From Promethearchaeota archaeon (GTDB lineage Archaea > Asgardarchaeota > Lokiarchaeia > Sigyniarchaeales > SOKP01): a stretch of 64,000 nt of DNA. The notes under the pieces were generated by a model. That model saw nothing but the letters and a program-made list of their open reading frames with translations. It had not been told where the DNA came from and ran no database searches. Position 1 is the stretch's first letter; the number at the start of each line of letters is the position of its first letter. Below are positions 20,607 to 30,796 of this stretch, in pieces. The DNA is taken from positions 11,067-75,066 of the forward strand of contig JAHPZI010000026.1 in NCBI GenBank assembly GCA_019058295.1, given 5' to 3'. Made by a program: the position numbers and the translations under genes.

Positions 20607-20768
20607 TTAAAAGCCAAAGATTTGTTTAATTTTATCATAAACTCCTTTTATTTGTCTAAGTTTAGTCTCATCACCCAAGTTTAAAAAATGCTCAATCCAT
20701 TGGGCTAAACCACCTTGTTTAATCCAATCTATAAAGTATTGTACAGCTTGTTTATCTGCGTCCGACAT
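20607..20768 (-). CDS. Small helical protein, 53 aa (not in ORF track)
   Basis: ATG..TAA, MSDADKQAVQYFIDWIKQGGLAQWIEHFLNLGDETKLRQIKGVYDKIKQIFGF; GC higher than the flanking intergenic DNA. Confidence 0.65.
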   Translation of the reverse strand: MSDADKQAVQYFIDWIKQGGLAQWIEHFLNLGDETKLRQIKGVYDKIKQIFGF

Positions 20769-20908
20769 AGTTACTCAAAGATAATTTTAATTTTCTTATA
20801 TTATTTATTAATTTAAAGTTCTTATTATAAAAAAAATATAACATATTATACTTATAATTTTTTATAAAAAAGAAAATGATTTTTTTTAAATAATGGAGAA
20901 AATAAAAT

Positions 20909-21868
20909 ATGCCAGATGTAAGAATTAAGACTCCAAACCTCGATGATATTTTCGAGAGATGGAAAAATAAAGCAGGAAGGACGCAACGTAAACAAATGGA
21001 GAAACAATTTGGCACAAAAGGCTCTGTGTTCACATTAGATGCGATATCTGCTGCTGAATATGTAACCCCGCCTGCCCTTAAAGGAGCAGCTATTTATTTT
21101 TCAATAAAAAAAACTGTTGCGGCTTCTTCGGTTAAAGAAGAAAACATAGTCCTCGCACCAAGATTAGGTCGTGAAACTTTTTATTCTTTCAAAGGAAGCA
21201 GGGATATTGATAAGGACAATTGGAAAGGTAATGATGAAGTGCCAATGTTTGAGTCAATACAACCAGTTCCATGTAAAACTTGCCGAGGCAATGGATATAT
21301 TGAAAATAAATGTAAGGCGTGTAAGGGTACAGGAAAAATTGTAGAAAATTGGGTAGTTCTCGTAGGAGAAGAACAGAAAAAAGAAAAAAAAACATTTGAA
21401 TATCCATGTGGAAATTGTTATGGCACGGGCAAATTACCAACTCCGTGTAAAGAATGTGGAGGCCATAAAAATCTCTATAAGTATGAAATTCTCCCAGTTC
21501 CTTTCAAAACGGTTGCAATGGGTATACCTATACTTCACAGCAGTTTACAAACTAAATATGAAAAAGAAATGGGAAAAGATCTACAGGAACTCATTGAAAA
21601 AGTAGAAGGTATAAAGTTTAGCGATTTCAAAGAGCTTAACGCCAAAGCAGAAGGATCCTTAGGTTATTGGGATAAAAATGTTAAGAAAACAATTAGTGCA
21701 GCAGGAAGTGATTACAAAACCCACGATAAAGATAAAGACACAAAAATCCAATCTCAAATATATCTCTATCCTATGGTTAAGCTCAATTGTAAATCGAAGC
21801 GGGGAAAATCATTCGAAATCTTCAGTATAGGGTCTGATCAAAACTTTATGATATATTCCAATTTTTAA
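20909..21868 (+). CDS. DnaJ-type CxxCxGxG zinc-finger protein without J domain (SSUH2-like)
   Basis: CKTCRGNG, CKACKGTG, CGNCYGTG, CKECGG; no HPD motif. Confidence 0.75.
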   Translation: MPDVRIKTPNLDDIFERWKNKAGRTQRKQMEKQFGTKGSVFTLDAISAAEYVTPPALKGAAIYFSIKKTVAASSVKEENIVLAPRLGRETFYSFKGSRDIDKDNWKGNDEVPMFESIQPVPCKTCRGNGYIENKCKACKGTGKIVENWVVLVGEEQKKEKKTFEYPCGNCYGTGKLPTPCKECGGHKNLYKYEILPVPFKTVAMGIPILHSSLQTKYEKEMGKDLQELIEKVEGIKFSDFKELNAKAEGSLGYWDKNVKKTISAAGSDYKTHDKDKDTKIQSQIYLYPMVKLNCKSKRGKSFEIFSIGSDQNFMIYSNF

Positions 21869-21975
21869 TTTTTAGTTAAAATTTTTTTTTATTTTTTATA
21901 TATTATTGATAAGCATTTACTAAATCTAGCTTTAAACTTAGGTTTCATCTTTTTAAAAAATAATTTTCTGATATA

Positions 21976-22641
21976 ATGGAGTTAATAGCTGTATCTTGGA
22001 GTGGAGGTAAAGATAGCACATTAGCGCTTTATTATTCACTGTTGGAAAAAAAATATGAAGTTAATTCATTACTGACAACATTCTCTGCGGAATATAATAG
22101 AACAAGTATGCATGGTATAAGGATTGATTTATTAGAAAAACAAATCCAATCTATTGGGATACCTGTTAATTTAATTTCTCTTCCTAAGGATGTTAGTAAT
22201 GATAAATATGAGGAAATTATGAGAAAAGAAATGATTACTCTTAAATCTCACCAAGTTTTAAGTGTTGTGTTTGGAGATATATTTTTAGAAGATCTACGTG
22301 AACAAAGAGAATCCAATCTTTCTAAAATTGGAATGAAAGCGTTATTTCCGCTTTGGCGTAAAAATTCAAGAGAATTGGCTAGAGAATTTATAGATTTAGG
22401 ATTTAAAGCAATTATAGCTTGTGTAGATTCAACTTATCTTAATGATTCTTATGTTGGACAAATATATAATGATAATTTCTTATCATCACTACCTTCAAAT
22501 GTGGATCCTTGTGGAGAGAACGGAGAATTCCACACATTCGTATTTGATGGACCGATTTTCTCTTATCCAATAAAATTTAAGAAAGGAAAAATTGTTTTGC
22601 GAGAAGAACGCTTTTACTATATTGATTTGATTCCACAATAG
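21976..22641 (+). CDS. Diphthine-ammonia-ligase-like PP-loop ATP pyrophosphatase (Dph6/DUF71 family)
   Basis: SWSGGKDS, FGDIFLED, PLW, DPCGENGEFHTFV. Confidence 0.88.
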   Translation: MELIAVSWSGGKDSTLALYYSLLEKKYEVNSLLTTFSAEYNRTSMHGIRIDLLEKQIQSIGIPVNLISLPKDVSNDKYEEIMRKEMITLKSHQVLSVVFGDIFLEDLREQRESNLSKIGMKALFPLWRKNSRELAREFIDLGFKAIIACVDSTYLNDSYVGQIYNDNFLSSLPSNVDPCGENGEFHTFVFDGPIFSYPIKFKKGKIVLREERFYYIDLIPQ

Positions 22642-22705
22642 ATTAGTTTCATTATTAAAATATTTATATGATCGTAATCCTTAATTCTTATAATTAAAAA
22701 TTGAG

Positions 22706-23434
22706 TTGAAAATAATGTTAATTGATCCAAAAGTAACTAAATTGTCAATCTTTAATGGTGGCGGTGGTATTGTAGAGAGAGAAATTAAGCTTACCTTAAG
22801 CCAAGGAGCGAATGAATTTGAAATTGCGAATGTGCCCGCGAGTTTTAATCCTAATTCTGCTGACATAAAATTAGAATATGTTTCTCCCGGTGATAAAGAT
22901 CTTATAACATTACAGCAAACAATCGTTTCTTTACCAGATGTAAATACATCCCAACAAATAATTGACCGTGAAAAATCAGCAGCGACTAATATTATAACTT
23001 ATAGTATCGATTTTACACGTGAATTACGAGAAAAAGTATCTGAAATTTGTGAAGCAAGTTCATATAGGACATATGCAGATATGAAGGGCACCTTTAATTT
23101 TATTATAAATTCAAAGATAAACGGCGAGGTTATTGTAAAAATTCTATATTTTATCGCAGATCTTCGAATTAAATGGGAAACCACACTTCAAGTAAATATT
23201 AATGATGATGGGAACTCTGCTGAAATAGAAGCATATCTTGTTGTAGATAATCAAACAGGATTTTCTTATGAAGATGTAGAATTAGGATTTGCGATCTTTG
23301 AGCTTCCTAGGACTACTTTTGAAACAACTGGAGCAGATTTTGATTTTGCTGCTAACATGCCCGTGGAACAACAAGCTTTTTCGGAGTTAAGTAAGCAAAA
23401 GAGAACACAAAGAATGAGAAATTTAATGTTATGA
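22706..23434 (+). CDS. DUF4140/DUF4139-like protein, N-terminal half
   Basis: VTKLSIFNGGGGIVERE..L..G.N..EI..VP, Y....IKW, AYLVVDNQTGFSYEDVEL. Confidence 0.6.
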   Translation: MKIMLIDPKVTKLSIFNGGGGIVEREIKLTLSQGANEFEIANVPASFNPNSADIKLEYVSPGDKDLITLQQTIVSLPDVNTSQQIIDREKSAATNIITYSIDFTRELREKVSEICEASSYRTYADMKGTFNFIINSKINGEVIVKILYFIADLRIKWETTLQVNINDDGNSAEIEAYLVVDNQTGFSYEDVELGFAIFELPRTTFETTGADFDFAANMPVEQQAFSELSKQKRTQRMRNLML

Positions 23435-23445
23435 GGTGATAAAAA

Positions 23446-24132
23446 GTGAAAGCAAATATACCTACTCGGAATAAAATTAAATTAAATTGGTTTAAATCGA
23501 AAGCAAATCTTGATATTGAACGAAATATAAATATACAATACGATGCAAGTAGTGTTACATATAATAAACACAATTGGGAGGTCTCTGTAAAATATGTCCT
23601 TGTTAAGCAAGGAGATCCTAAAGAAATCCCTGTAAATTCCCCTATGACTCTGTATAAAGGTGGACTTCCATTTTTATTTCTCTCTACAGCAGGGATTATT
23701 GGGAATAAGATTATTTCTGAAGAACTTATAGATGATGATATAAAAATTGATGATGATATTGTACAGATAATAGAGGGCGAAGAAAAGGTAACTTATGAAG
23801 ATGCGAGTGACCCAAAACAACATATTGAAGTAAGAACTCGATTTGATAAGATTTCTCGAAGAATTACTATTGAAAACAAATTAGATAATGAAATTGACTT
23901 AGTCTTTGACTTCAAACAAACGAAAGACATCACCTTTGTTAAGGCAACTCCAGAACCCTCTACAATAGAAGAGCCCGATTATAAATTTGAGATTAAAATT
24001 CCATCTGAAGAAAAATCAAGAATAACCTTGGAACTTCAAGCTAAAATCGTAAAGCGAGTGACAAAAATTAAACCTGAATTTATAAGAATCCCAAAAGTCA
24101 AACCTGAATTAATAAAAAAAGAAGGACAATAA
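23446..24132 (+). CDS. DUF4139-like protein, C-terminal half
   Basis: GTG start after GAGGTGA RBS; beta-rich, RRITIENKLDNEIDL...FEIKIPSEEKSRITL resembles the DUF4139 C-terminus. Confidence 0.5.
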   Translation: MKANIPTRNKIKLNWFKSKANLDIERNINIQYDASSVTYNKHNWEVSVKYVLVKQGDPKEIPVNSPMTLYKGGLPFLFLSTAGIIGNKIISEELIDDDIKIDDDIVQIIEGEEKVTYEDASDPKQHIEVRTRFDKISRRITIENKLDNEIDLVFDFKQTKDITFVKATPEPSTIEEPDYKFEIKIPSEEKSRITLELQAKIVKRVTKIKPEFIRIPKVKPELIKKEGQ

Positions 24133-24160
24133 CTAAGAAAACAAATAAAGATTTGATAAA

Positions 24161-25180
24161 ATGGGCAAACAAAACGAAATCATTGAACCATCAAATTTAT
24201 TTGAAAAAGATGGAACACTTGTACAGAGGGGGTGGGGGAGAAAACCGCTTTTAACCTACAACAAAGAAGATATTAGAGCAAAAAAGTATCGAATTAAAGA
24301 ATGGGACCATTATTCGATTTTAAATAAAGAATTTGGATTACAAGTAACTATTGCTAGTATTGGTTACTTAAGATTGATGGGATTTACTTGGCTCGATTTT
24401 ATAGATCAGGTTAGATTTGGCAAAGATATGATTCAACCTTTCAAACATATAGATTTACCTAGAAGCTCGTTAGAAGAAAGTGATATCATTTTTCCTAGTA
24501 AAAAACTGAATGCCAGCATTTCTACTCGTAAGGGTAAAAGAATAATTACGATAGATCATCCAAAATTTGATAATAGAGGATTAAAAGGAGAAATTATCCT
24601 TTATGATGATCCTAAGTTTGATAACACTGTCGTTGTTACCGGGTATGACGATCCTAAAAGGTTTTATTATAATCATAAGGTTAACTATATGCCAGCAGAA
24701 GGTACAATGCAATTGGGCAATAAATCTTATACTTTCGACCCAGAAACTTCGTTTGGGCTTTTAGATTGGGGCCGAGGTGTATGGCCATACCGAACTCATT
24801 GGTTATGGGGTTCTGCTTGTGGTAAAGTAGATGGTGTACCAGTGGCCTTTAATATTGGTTATGGCTTTGGCGACCTTTCAACCCATACAGAAAATATCAT
24901 ATTTTACGATGGAAAAGCCCACAAAATTGATGAGGTTACGTTCCATCACGAGAATCGAGATCCAAAAAAACCTTGGCAATTTACTAGCAATGATGATAGA
25001 TTCAACATGGTCTTGAATCCACTTATTCCACAAGAAGCAAAGTTAAATCTTGGAATCATTAAGTTAGATACTTCAATTCTTCATGGGCTCTATTCCGGGG
25101 ATATCGTTCTAGATAATGGTGAGAAAATTCACATTGATGAGATGTTGGGACACGCTGAGGACATCTACTGGAAATGGTAA
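24161..25180 (+). CDS. DUF2804 family protein
   Basis: GWGRKP, RIKEWDHY, FYYNHK, LDWGRGVWPY..HWLW, GFGDLS..TEN. Confidence 0.85.
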   Translation: MGKQNEIIEPSNLFEKDGTLVQRGWGRKPLLTYNKEDIRAKKYRIKEWDHYSILNKEFGLQVTIASIGYLRLMGFTWLDFIDQVRFGKDMIQPFKHIDLPRSSLEESDIIFPSKKLNASISTRKGKRIITIDHPKFDNRGLKGEIILYDDPKFDNTVVVTGYDDPKRFYYNHKVNYMPAEGTMQLGNKSYTFDPETSFGLLDWGRGVWPYRTHWLWGSACGKVDGVPVAFNIGYGFGDLSTHTENIIFYDGKAHKIDEVTFHHENRDPKKPWQFTSNDDRFNMVLNPLIPQEAKLNLGIIKLDTSILHGLYSGDIVLDNGEKIHIDEMLGHAEDIYWKW

Positions 25181-25223
25181 AAGAAAAAATATTATCAACT
25201 ATTAGCGTTAGAAATAGAAGAAA

Positions 25224-25844
25224 TTAACTCTCTATAATAAATATCTTTTCAAATGCTTCAGGGAGTGCATCAATAATTCTTCTCCTTGCCGTTAGCGCAA
25301 AAAGAATTGCAAAAACTGCCCCAAATATAAATTGAAATATATTACCAGGTATTTCAACGATGGCAACTGCTGGACCATATAAAATGCTTTCATAAATAAA
25401 ATATCCGGATACAATAATGATCCCTCCGAAAATTACAGCTATTATATCTCTATAGGTTAATTTTTTATAATTTTTTCTTGGATTTGCAATTAATCCAATG
25501 ACTAATCCCTCTAATCCTTTAATTATCAACGTTGCAGGAGCGTATATGACATAACCTGATAATAAATCTGCTAACATAGAACCAACACCTCCTGCAATTC
25601 CTCCAATAACAGGCCCCAATAATAATCCTGCGATCATTACACCTAAATCCCCTATGTTAATGTATCCTCCTGTAGCAGGAATAGGAATCTGAATAACCAT
25701 TGTTAAAACACATATCACGGCAGCAAAAACAGCAATCATGGCAATTACAACAGAATTTGATGGTAAATAGTATCCCATAAAAGTTTTTTCTTTTAAAGAA
25801 ATGTATCTTTTTTCTTTTTCTTCTGTTTCGCTTTCATTATTCAT
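25224..25844 (-). CDS. ECF transporter S component
   Basis: IPIPATGGYINIGD, GSMLADLLSGY..YAPATLIIKGLEG, PGNIFQ. Confidence 0.9.
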   Translation of the reverse strand: MNNESETEEKEKRYISLKEKTFMGYYLPSNSVVIAMIAVFAAVICVLTMVIQIPIPATGGYINIGDLGVMIAGLLLGPVIGGIAGGVGSMLADLLSGYVIYAPATLIIKGLEGLVIGLIANPRKNYKKLTYRDIIAVIFGGIIIVSGYFIYESILYGPAVAIVEIPGNIFQFIFGAVFAILFALTARRRIIDALPEAFEKIFIIES

Positions 25845-26007
25845 TTTTTAGCCCTTTTTAATATATAAAAATTTTTTATTTTACATTGAGGTTAATAAAT
25901 TTCCGGATTATCGATATATTTAAAATCTTTATTACTTATTAATCTTTATTTGCATTATAAACCTATATATTTGAGTGATTTCTATTCATTAATATAATAA
26001 ATAAACT

Positions 26008-26782
26008 ATGGTCGAAGTGGTAAAAAATTCTTGTATGGGTAATATTATTTAGTATATTGGGGAGCATTGGAGCGATCTCCGCCGCTGCGGCTTTTGTGTT
26101 TTTAGCTGATAAAGCTCAAAAATACCTTGTTACTATTTTAATTGCGTATGCTACAGGAACTCTACTAACTGCTGCTTTATATGGGCTGATACCAGAAGCT
26201 ATAGAAGGTGCAGGTGGTGAACCACATATGATAATGTTGCTTGTTTTAGGAAGTATTCTTTTTTTCTTTTTTTTGGAGAAAATAATCATTTGGCGTAATT
26301 GTTCAGATACCACATGCGATGTCCACGCAGCAGCGGGACCTATTGTACTTGTTGGAGATGCGTTTCATAATTTAACCGATGGAGTAGTAATTGCAGCTGC
26401 ATTCTTAACAGATTTTACGATTGGCATTGCTGTGGGTTTTGCTATAATAGCACACGAAATTCCTCAAGAAACAGGTGATTTCGGAATTCTTCTTAATGGG
26501 GGTTATTCAAAGAAAAAGTCCTATTTATATAATGCGATATCTAGTACAACCACAATACCAGCAGCAATTATAAGTTATTATATTTTAGGGTCAGTAACAC
26601 TTATAATACCTTATATCTTGGCGATTTCAGCAGCAAGCTTTCTTTATATAGCTTTATCAGATTTAACACCAGAACTCCATCAAAAACTAGGTTTAAAACA
26701 CAGTGTACGACAATTGATTTTTATTTTAGCAGGAATTATTACAATGTTGGTCATTTTTACATTTGCAATACATAATCATTAA
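26008..26782 (+). CDS. ZIP family metal transporter, apparent frameshift near the 5' end
   Basis: GDAFHNLTDG, AHEIPQETGDF; ATG 26008 joins the main frame only if one A is removed from the A6 run at 26022-26027. Confidence 0.85.
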
Positions 26783-26933
26783 TACATTAAATAATAACTT
26801 TAGAATAATAAAAGATAAAGAGTCAAAAGATCTTAATCGAAATGAAGATTAATCCATCATCAATAAACTTATTAATCCTATGTAATTATACAAATATTAG
26901 ATAAAGACATCTATGAATTAAAAAGTATCAATT

Positions 26934-27047
26934 ATGAAAGAAAGAACTTCAAATATATGGTTGGGTATTTGTGGAGCCTTAGTCGTACTAATTATTCTAA
27001 TAACTAATATTATAATCATATATCAACTCATAAGGAAATATTCCTAA
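26934..27047 (+). CDS. Putative 37-aa single-TM microprotein (not in ORF track)
   Basis: MKERTSNIWLGICGALVVLIILITNIIIIYQLIRKYS. Confidence 0.45.
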   Translation: MKERTSNIWLGICGALVVLIILITNIIIIYQLIRKYS

Positions 27048-27102
27048 GAAGAAATCCTATATTATAAATAAATATGAAATTAGTTTCAAAAAAAAACTGC
27101 TA

Positions 27103-27579
27103 TTATTTCAAAATTTCATTAGATGCATAAGCTTTTACAACTTTTCCAAAGAATGCGTAATGACTAGATTTAAATGGTATTTGAGAGTCACCAAGTAATT
27201 CACACTCATAACTTAAAAGGCTATCTTTAATTGTAGGAACTCCCTTAATTCCTTTTATCATTTCAGCTCCTGTTTGTTTGAACTTATCAGTATTCCGACC
27301 AGAAGCAGAGCCTGCTACATTAGTAAATTTAGACGTTTTATCTGAAACTATATTCACTGTGAATGCTTTAGTTCCTTCTTTAAGACATTCAAAAGTATAT
27401 CTCGTCGTAGCAACCGCAACTGCTATTATTGGTTCATATCCAACGTTTCCTAACATTTTCCAATCAAGTGTCATCATATTCGGTTTCCCATTCTTATCTA
27501 CTGTTACCAAGAGAGCAGTAGTATCATTAAATTGTTCTGAATACTCATATGGTCCAATTTCTTTTCTATTTTCTGACAT
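27103..27579 (-). CDS. Flavin reductase-like protein
   Basis: LLVTVDKNGKPNMMT..W, RYT, FTVN, GSASGRNTDKF, YEC, H..FFGKV. Confidence 0.88.
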   Translation of the reverse strand: MSENRKEIGPYEYSEQFNDTTALLVTVDKNGKPNMMTLDWKMLGNVGYEPIIAVAVATTRYTFECLKEGTKAFTVNIVSDKTSKFTNVAGSASGRNTDKFKQTGAEMIKGIKGVPTIKDSLLSYECELLGDSQIPFKSSHYAFFGKVVKAYASNEILK

Positions 27580-27671
27580 AATTTATCTTATTAGTTAATT
27601 TAAATTAATTATATTATTAATTGAAACAAATATCATTTAAAATTTATTAAAATAAATAATGACGATTTATT

Positions 27672-28631
27672 ATGAGTCCTGATATAATATGCTTGGGTGA
27701 GCTCCTAGTCGAGATTATGCGAACAGAAGTCGATATTCCTCATAAAAAGATTGGTGAAACATATAAAGGCCCTTTTCCAAGTGGTGCTCCAGCTAATTTT
27801 ATAGATTCTGCGGCTCGTATGGGAAAGTCGTTAAATATCTCAACAGGCTTTATTGGAGTAATTGGAAATGACGAATTTGGGGATGTAATTATTAATAAAT
27901 TGAAAAGTGATGGTGTAGATGTCTCTCAAATTAGAATTGCTAAAGAAAAAACAACGGGTATAGCGTTTAATCAATATAATTCTGATGGCTCAAGAAAATT
28001 TATTTTTGCTGCTGGGGCTGCTGGTGAAACTAATCCTACAGATGTTAAAGGAGAATATTTTAAGGATGTTAAAAGTCTTCAAATAATGGGCAGTGGATTA
28101 TCAATCAGTGAAAATTCACGAGAAGCATGTTATAAGGCAATAAAGATAGCGAAAAACCAAAATTCTAATGTAATTATCTCATTTGATCCTAATTTACGAC
28201 CCGAAATGCTAGATTTGAATACAATTATTAAAATTTGTAACCCTGTTTTAGAATCAACTACTATTTTACTCCCAAGTGGAGAAGAAGCTGAAATGTTAGC
28301 AGGAGTTAGAGGAGAAAAAGAAGCGTGTCAAAAATTATTAGATAAAGGACCTAAAATTATCGTGTTGAAACAGGGTAAAAATGGATGTACAATTTTTACT
28401 AACGATAATAAAGATGGTATTATAGTACCGGGATTTAAGGCAAACGAAATAGATCCAACGGGTGCAGGAGATTCATTTGGGGGTGCATTTATCGTGGGAT
28501 ATTTAGCAGGATGGGATTTAAAAAAAGCAGCAAAATTTGCTAATATTGTAGGAGCTTTAAAAGTAGAATTTTTTGGTCCTATGCCTGAAACTACTTATGA
28601 AGAGGTTATTAGTTTATTAGAAAAACCTTAA
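27672..28631 (+). CDS. PfkB family sugar kinase
   Basis: GELLVE, SGAPAN, GNDEFG, FDPNLR, DPTGAGDSF. Confidence 0.93.
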   Translation: MSPDIICLGELLVEIMRTEVDIPHKKIGETYKGPFPSGAPANFIDSAARMGKSLNISTGFIGVIGNDEFGDVIINKLKSDGVDVSQIRIAKEKTTGIAFNQYNSDGSRKFIFAAGAAGETNPTDVKGEYFKDVKSLQIMGSGLSISENSREACYKAIKIAKNQNSNVIISFDPNLRPEMLDLNTIIKICNPVLESTTILLPSGEEAEMLAGVRGEKEACQKLLDKGPKIIVLKQGKNGCTIFTNDNKDGIIVPGFKANEIDPTGAGDSFGGAFIVGYLAGWDLKKAAKFANIVGALKVEFFGPMPETTYEEVISLLEKP

Positions 28632-28642
28632 TATAAGACTTT

Positions 28643-30679
28643 CTATTCTTTAAACTCAGATTTTTTTGGATGACTAATTAAGTGTAAAGAAAAAACATCT
28701 GCACCAGTTATTTGATTGTTTTTTATCGTAAAATATCTAAAGCCTGGCGCTTTAAACTTATCTTTTAACGATATGGGACCAACTGCTTGAGTTTGGAACA
28801 CAAAAGGTTTATAAACATCGAACCAAATTTTTAATTCATTCTGATCTTTGAATTTTTTAAAAAAATCTCTATATTTGTTAGTATAAACTTCTACAGGTAC
28901 GGTAACATGAATAGGGAAAAAAAGATATCCAAAATTGAATTTCTCGGGATTTTTTGTCTCTTTTAATCTAAATTCTTTAAGGGTATGGGTATGGCCACAG
29001 AGTACCAAATCTACTTTCCTTCTGATTATTTCATCTGAGCCTGTAAAAATTCTAAGGAGATTAGCCCAATTATACATAATTGTTTGATATTTTAAATTTA
29101 ATACTCGATCTAATCTAGAATCTCCAACATACTTCTCTAAATTATTCTCATAAAAATCTCTCCACATTATTTTTCGGTTCAATCTAAAAATCTTTTTAAA
29201 TTTCCTCTGCGTCGATCGTCCAAGACGGGGAGATATAGGGGGTGTGTGCATTACGACAATAATTTTTTCATTATGTGATAATCTTATGTATGCTCTTAAA
29301 AGGTCAACTTGGTAGTCTTTTATTCCTTTAGTAGAGGGACCACCACTTAAGAGATCATGCATATTAGCAGTAGAATCTTGACCAGTATCAAGAAAGATAA
29401 AATTGTATTCATCTCCAATTTTCAATTTATAATTCAAATTGGGATTCAAATATCTAAAATAATCCCTTAAGTACTTATCCCTTGAACGTATAACTGTAAA
29501 ATAATTAAAGAATTTAATATCATAATATCCTTTAATATCTTTTTTCTTCATTCCAAATATTTTACGTACTTTTGCAAATCTTAAACTATAATGTCCTTTA
29601 CGATAGTCATGATTACCTACTAAAGTGAAAATCGGGGCTAATATTTCTTCTTTATTAATGTATTCTTCTTCTGTTAAATATGGATATTTGTCTAATCTCC
29701 TATTTATACCGAGTAAGATTTCAATAAACACAAAAAAATTGTTTTTATATTGATAATTCCCTCTGGCTATAGTAATATAATCTATTAAATCACCAGTCAT
29801 TAAAACAAAATCTAATTCATCATCTTTAACCCTCTCATTAATATAATTAATCAATTTTCTCAAATTTTGGTTGAAATTATATTTACCATATCGTAAATCA
29901 TTTAGATGGTCTTCTTGAAATTCCTTTCTAAATTCAAAATCTCTGGTTAAAATAAAATGAGCTTTACTTGAAAGTTGCTTTTTTAGAGTCCTATATTTTT
30001 TAATTTTATCTTTTGCTTTATCTTTTAAAAACTTCGAAATAAAATCATTTCTTCGAGCAACATGAAAATCTGTAGCATGTATAAATTTAAAATCATCCCA
30101 ATCCTTATCAAAAAACGCAATTGCGTGATAATTAATTTTCTCTTCAATTATATTGGGAATATCGTGAACTATATCAAATATTAAAGAAGATTTTTTAGAA
30201 CTCTTTAAGAGTTTATGAATTACTTTTGCATTTTTCACTTGGAATTTGATGTTATAAAGATCTTTTCTCTCTCCAAAAAGACCTTCAATTTGTAACATAG
30301 TATTAAAAATATCCCATATTACACAATGCTCTTCATTTAATACACTATCTTCTCTAAAATCTAATTTTTCTACTTTTTCAATCTCCTGTATTTGTAATGA
30401 ATATTTTTCACCTCTCCTTTTGGAAAAATCTCCTTTATCATTTAAAATAGGTTGAATAAATAAATTCAAATGAAAAAATTGTAAAATTTCGTTTACATTT
30501 TGCCCAGGAATTGCAATTATTAATGCATCAAAAACAATTTTTTTGATAAAATTACCATTATCGTCTATATAATCTCTTAGATTTATTAAAATTGGTTGCC
30601 CCAGATTAGGCTTGATGATTATAGGATATTTCCCTGTTTTCAAGTCTAAATTATACATCTTTAAGAGATCTTTTCTCAA
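28643..30679 (-). CDS. Large calcineurin-like metallophosphoesterase
   Basis: TDFH, TGDLID, GNHD, MHTP, GHTH: complete motif set. Confidence 0.85.
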   Translation of the reverse strand: MRKDLLKMYNLDLKTGKYPIIIKPNLGQPILINLRDYIDDNGNFIKKIVFDALIIAIPGQNVNEILQFFHLNLFIQPILNDKGDFSKRRGEKYSLQIQEIEKVEKLDFREDSVLNEEHCVIWDIFNTMLQIEGLFGERKDLYNIKFQVKNAKVIHKLLKSSKKSSLIFDIVHDIPNIIEEKINYHAIAFFDKDWDDFKFIHATDFHVARRNDFISKFLKDKAKDKIKKYRTLKKQLSSKAHFILTRDFEFRKEFQEDHLNDLRYGKYNFNQNLRKLINYINERVKDDELDFVLMTGDLIDYITIARGNYQYKNNFFVFIEILLGINRRLDKYPYLTEEEYINKEEILAPIFTLVGNHDYRKGHYSLRFAKVRKIFGMKKKDIKGYYDIKFFNYFTVIRSRDKYLRDYFRYLNPNLNYKLKIGDEYNFIFLDTGQDSTANMHDLLSGGPSTKGIKDYQVDLLRAYIRLSHNEKIIVVMHTPPISPRLGRSTQRKFKKIFRLNRKIMWRDFYENNLEKYVGDSRLDRVLNLKYQTIMYNWANLLRIFTGSDEIIRRKVDLVLCGHTHTLKEFRLKETKNPEKFNFGYLFFPIHVTVPVEVYTNKYRDFFKKFKDQNELKIWFDVYKPFVFQTQAVGPISLKDKFKAPGFRYFTIKNNQITGADVFSLHLISHPKKSEFKE

Positions 30680-30796
30680 TATTTTAATTTAGGAAATTAA
30701 TAATAAAATCTTTATTTATAATCTAATTTTTGGATTTAAATGTTATTTATTATATTATTTCAAAATATTCAAAAGTTATATAAATGATATAAAAAT

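Noticed and set aside
20752-21033. 93-aa minus-strand ORF
   Set aside because: Overlaps a better gene and AT-rich promoter DNA; the 53-aa ORF in another frame is more credible
23432-23448. Selenocysteine/TGA read-through joining the two DUF4139-like ORFs
   Set aside because: The ORFs are in different frames, the second has its own RBS, and no SECIS-like hairpin was recognised
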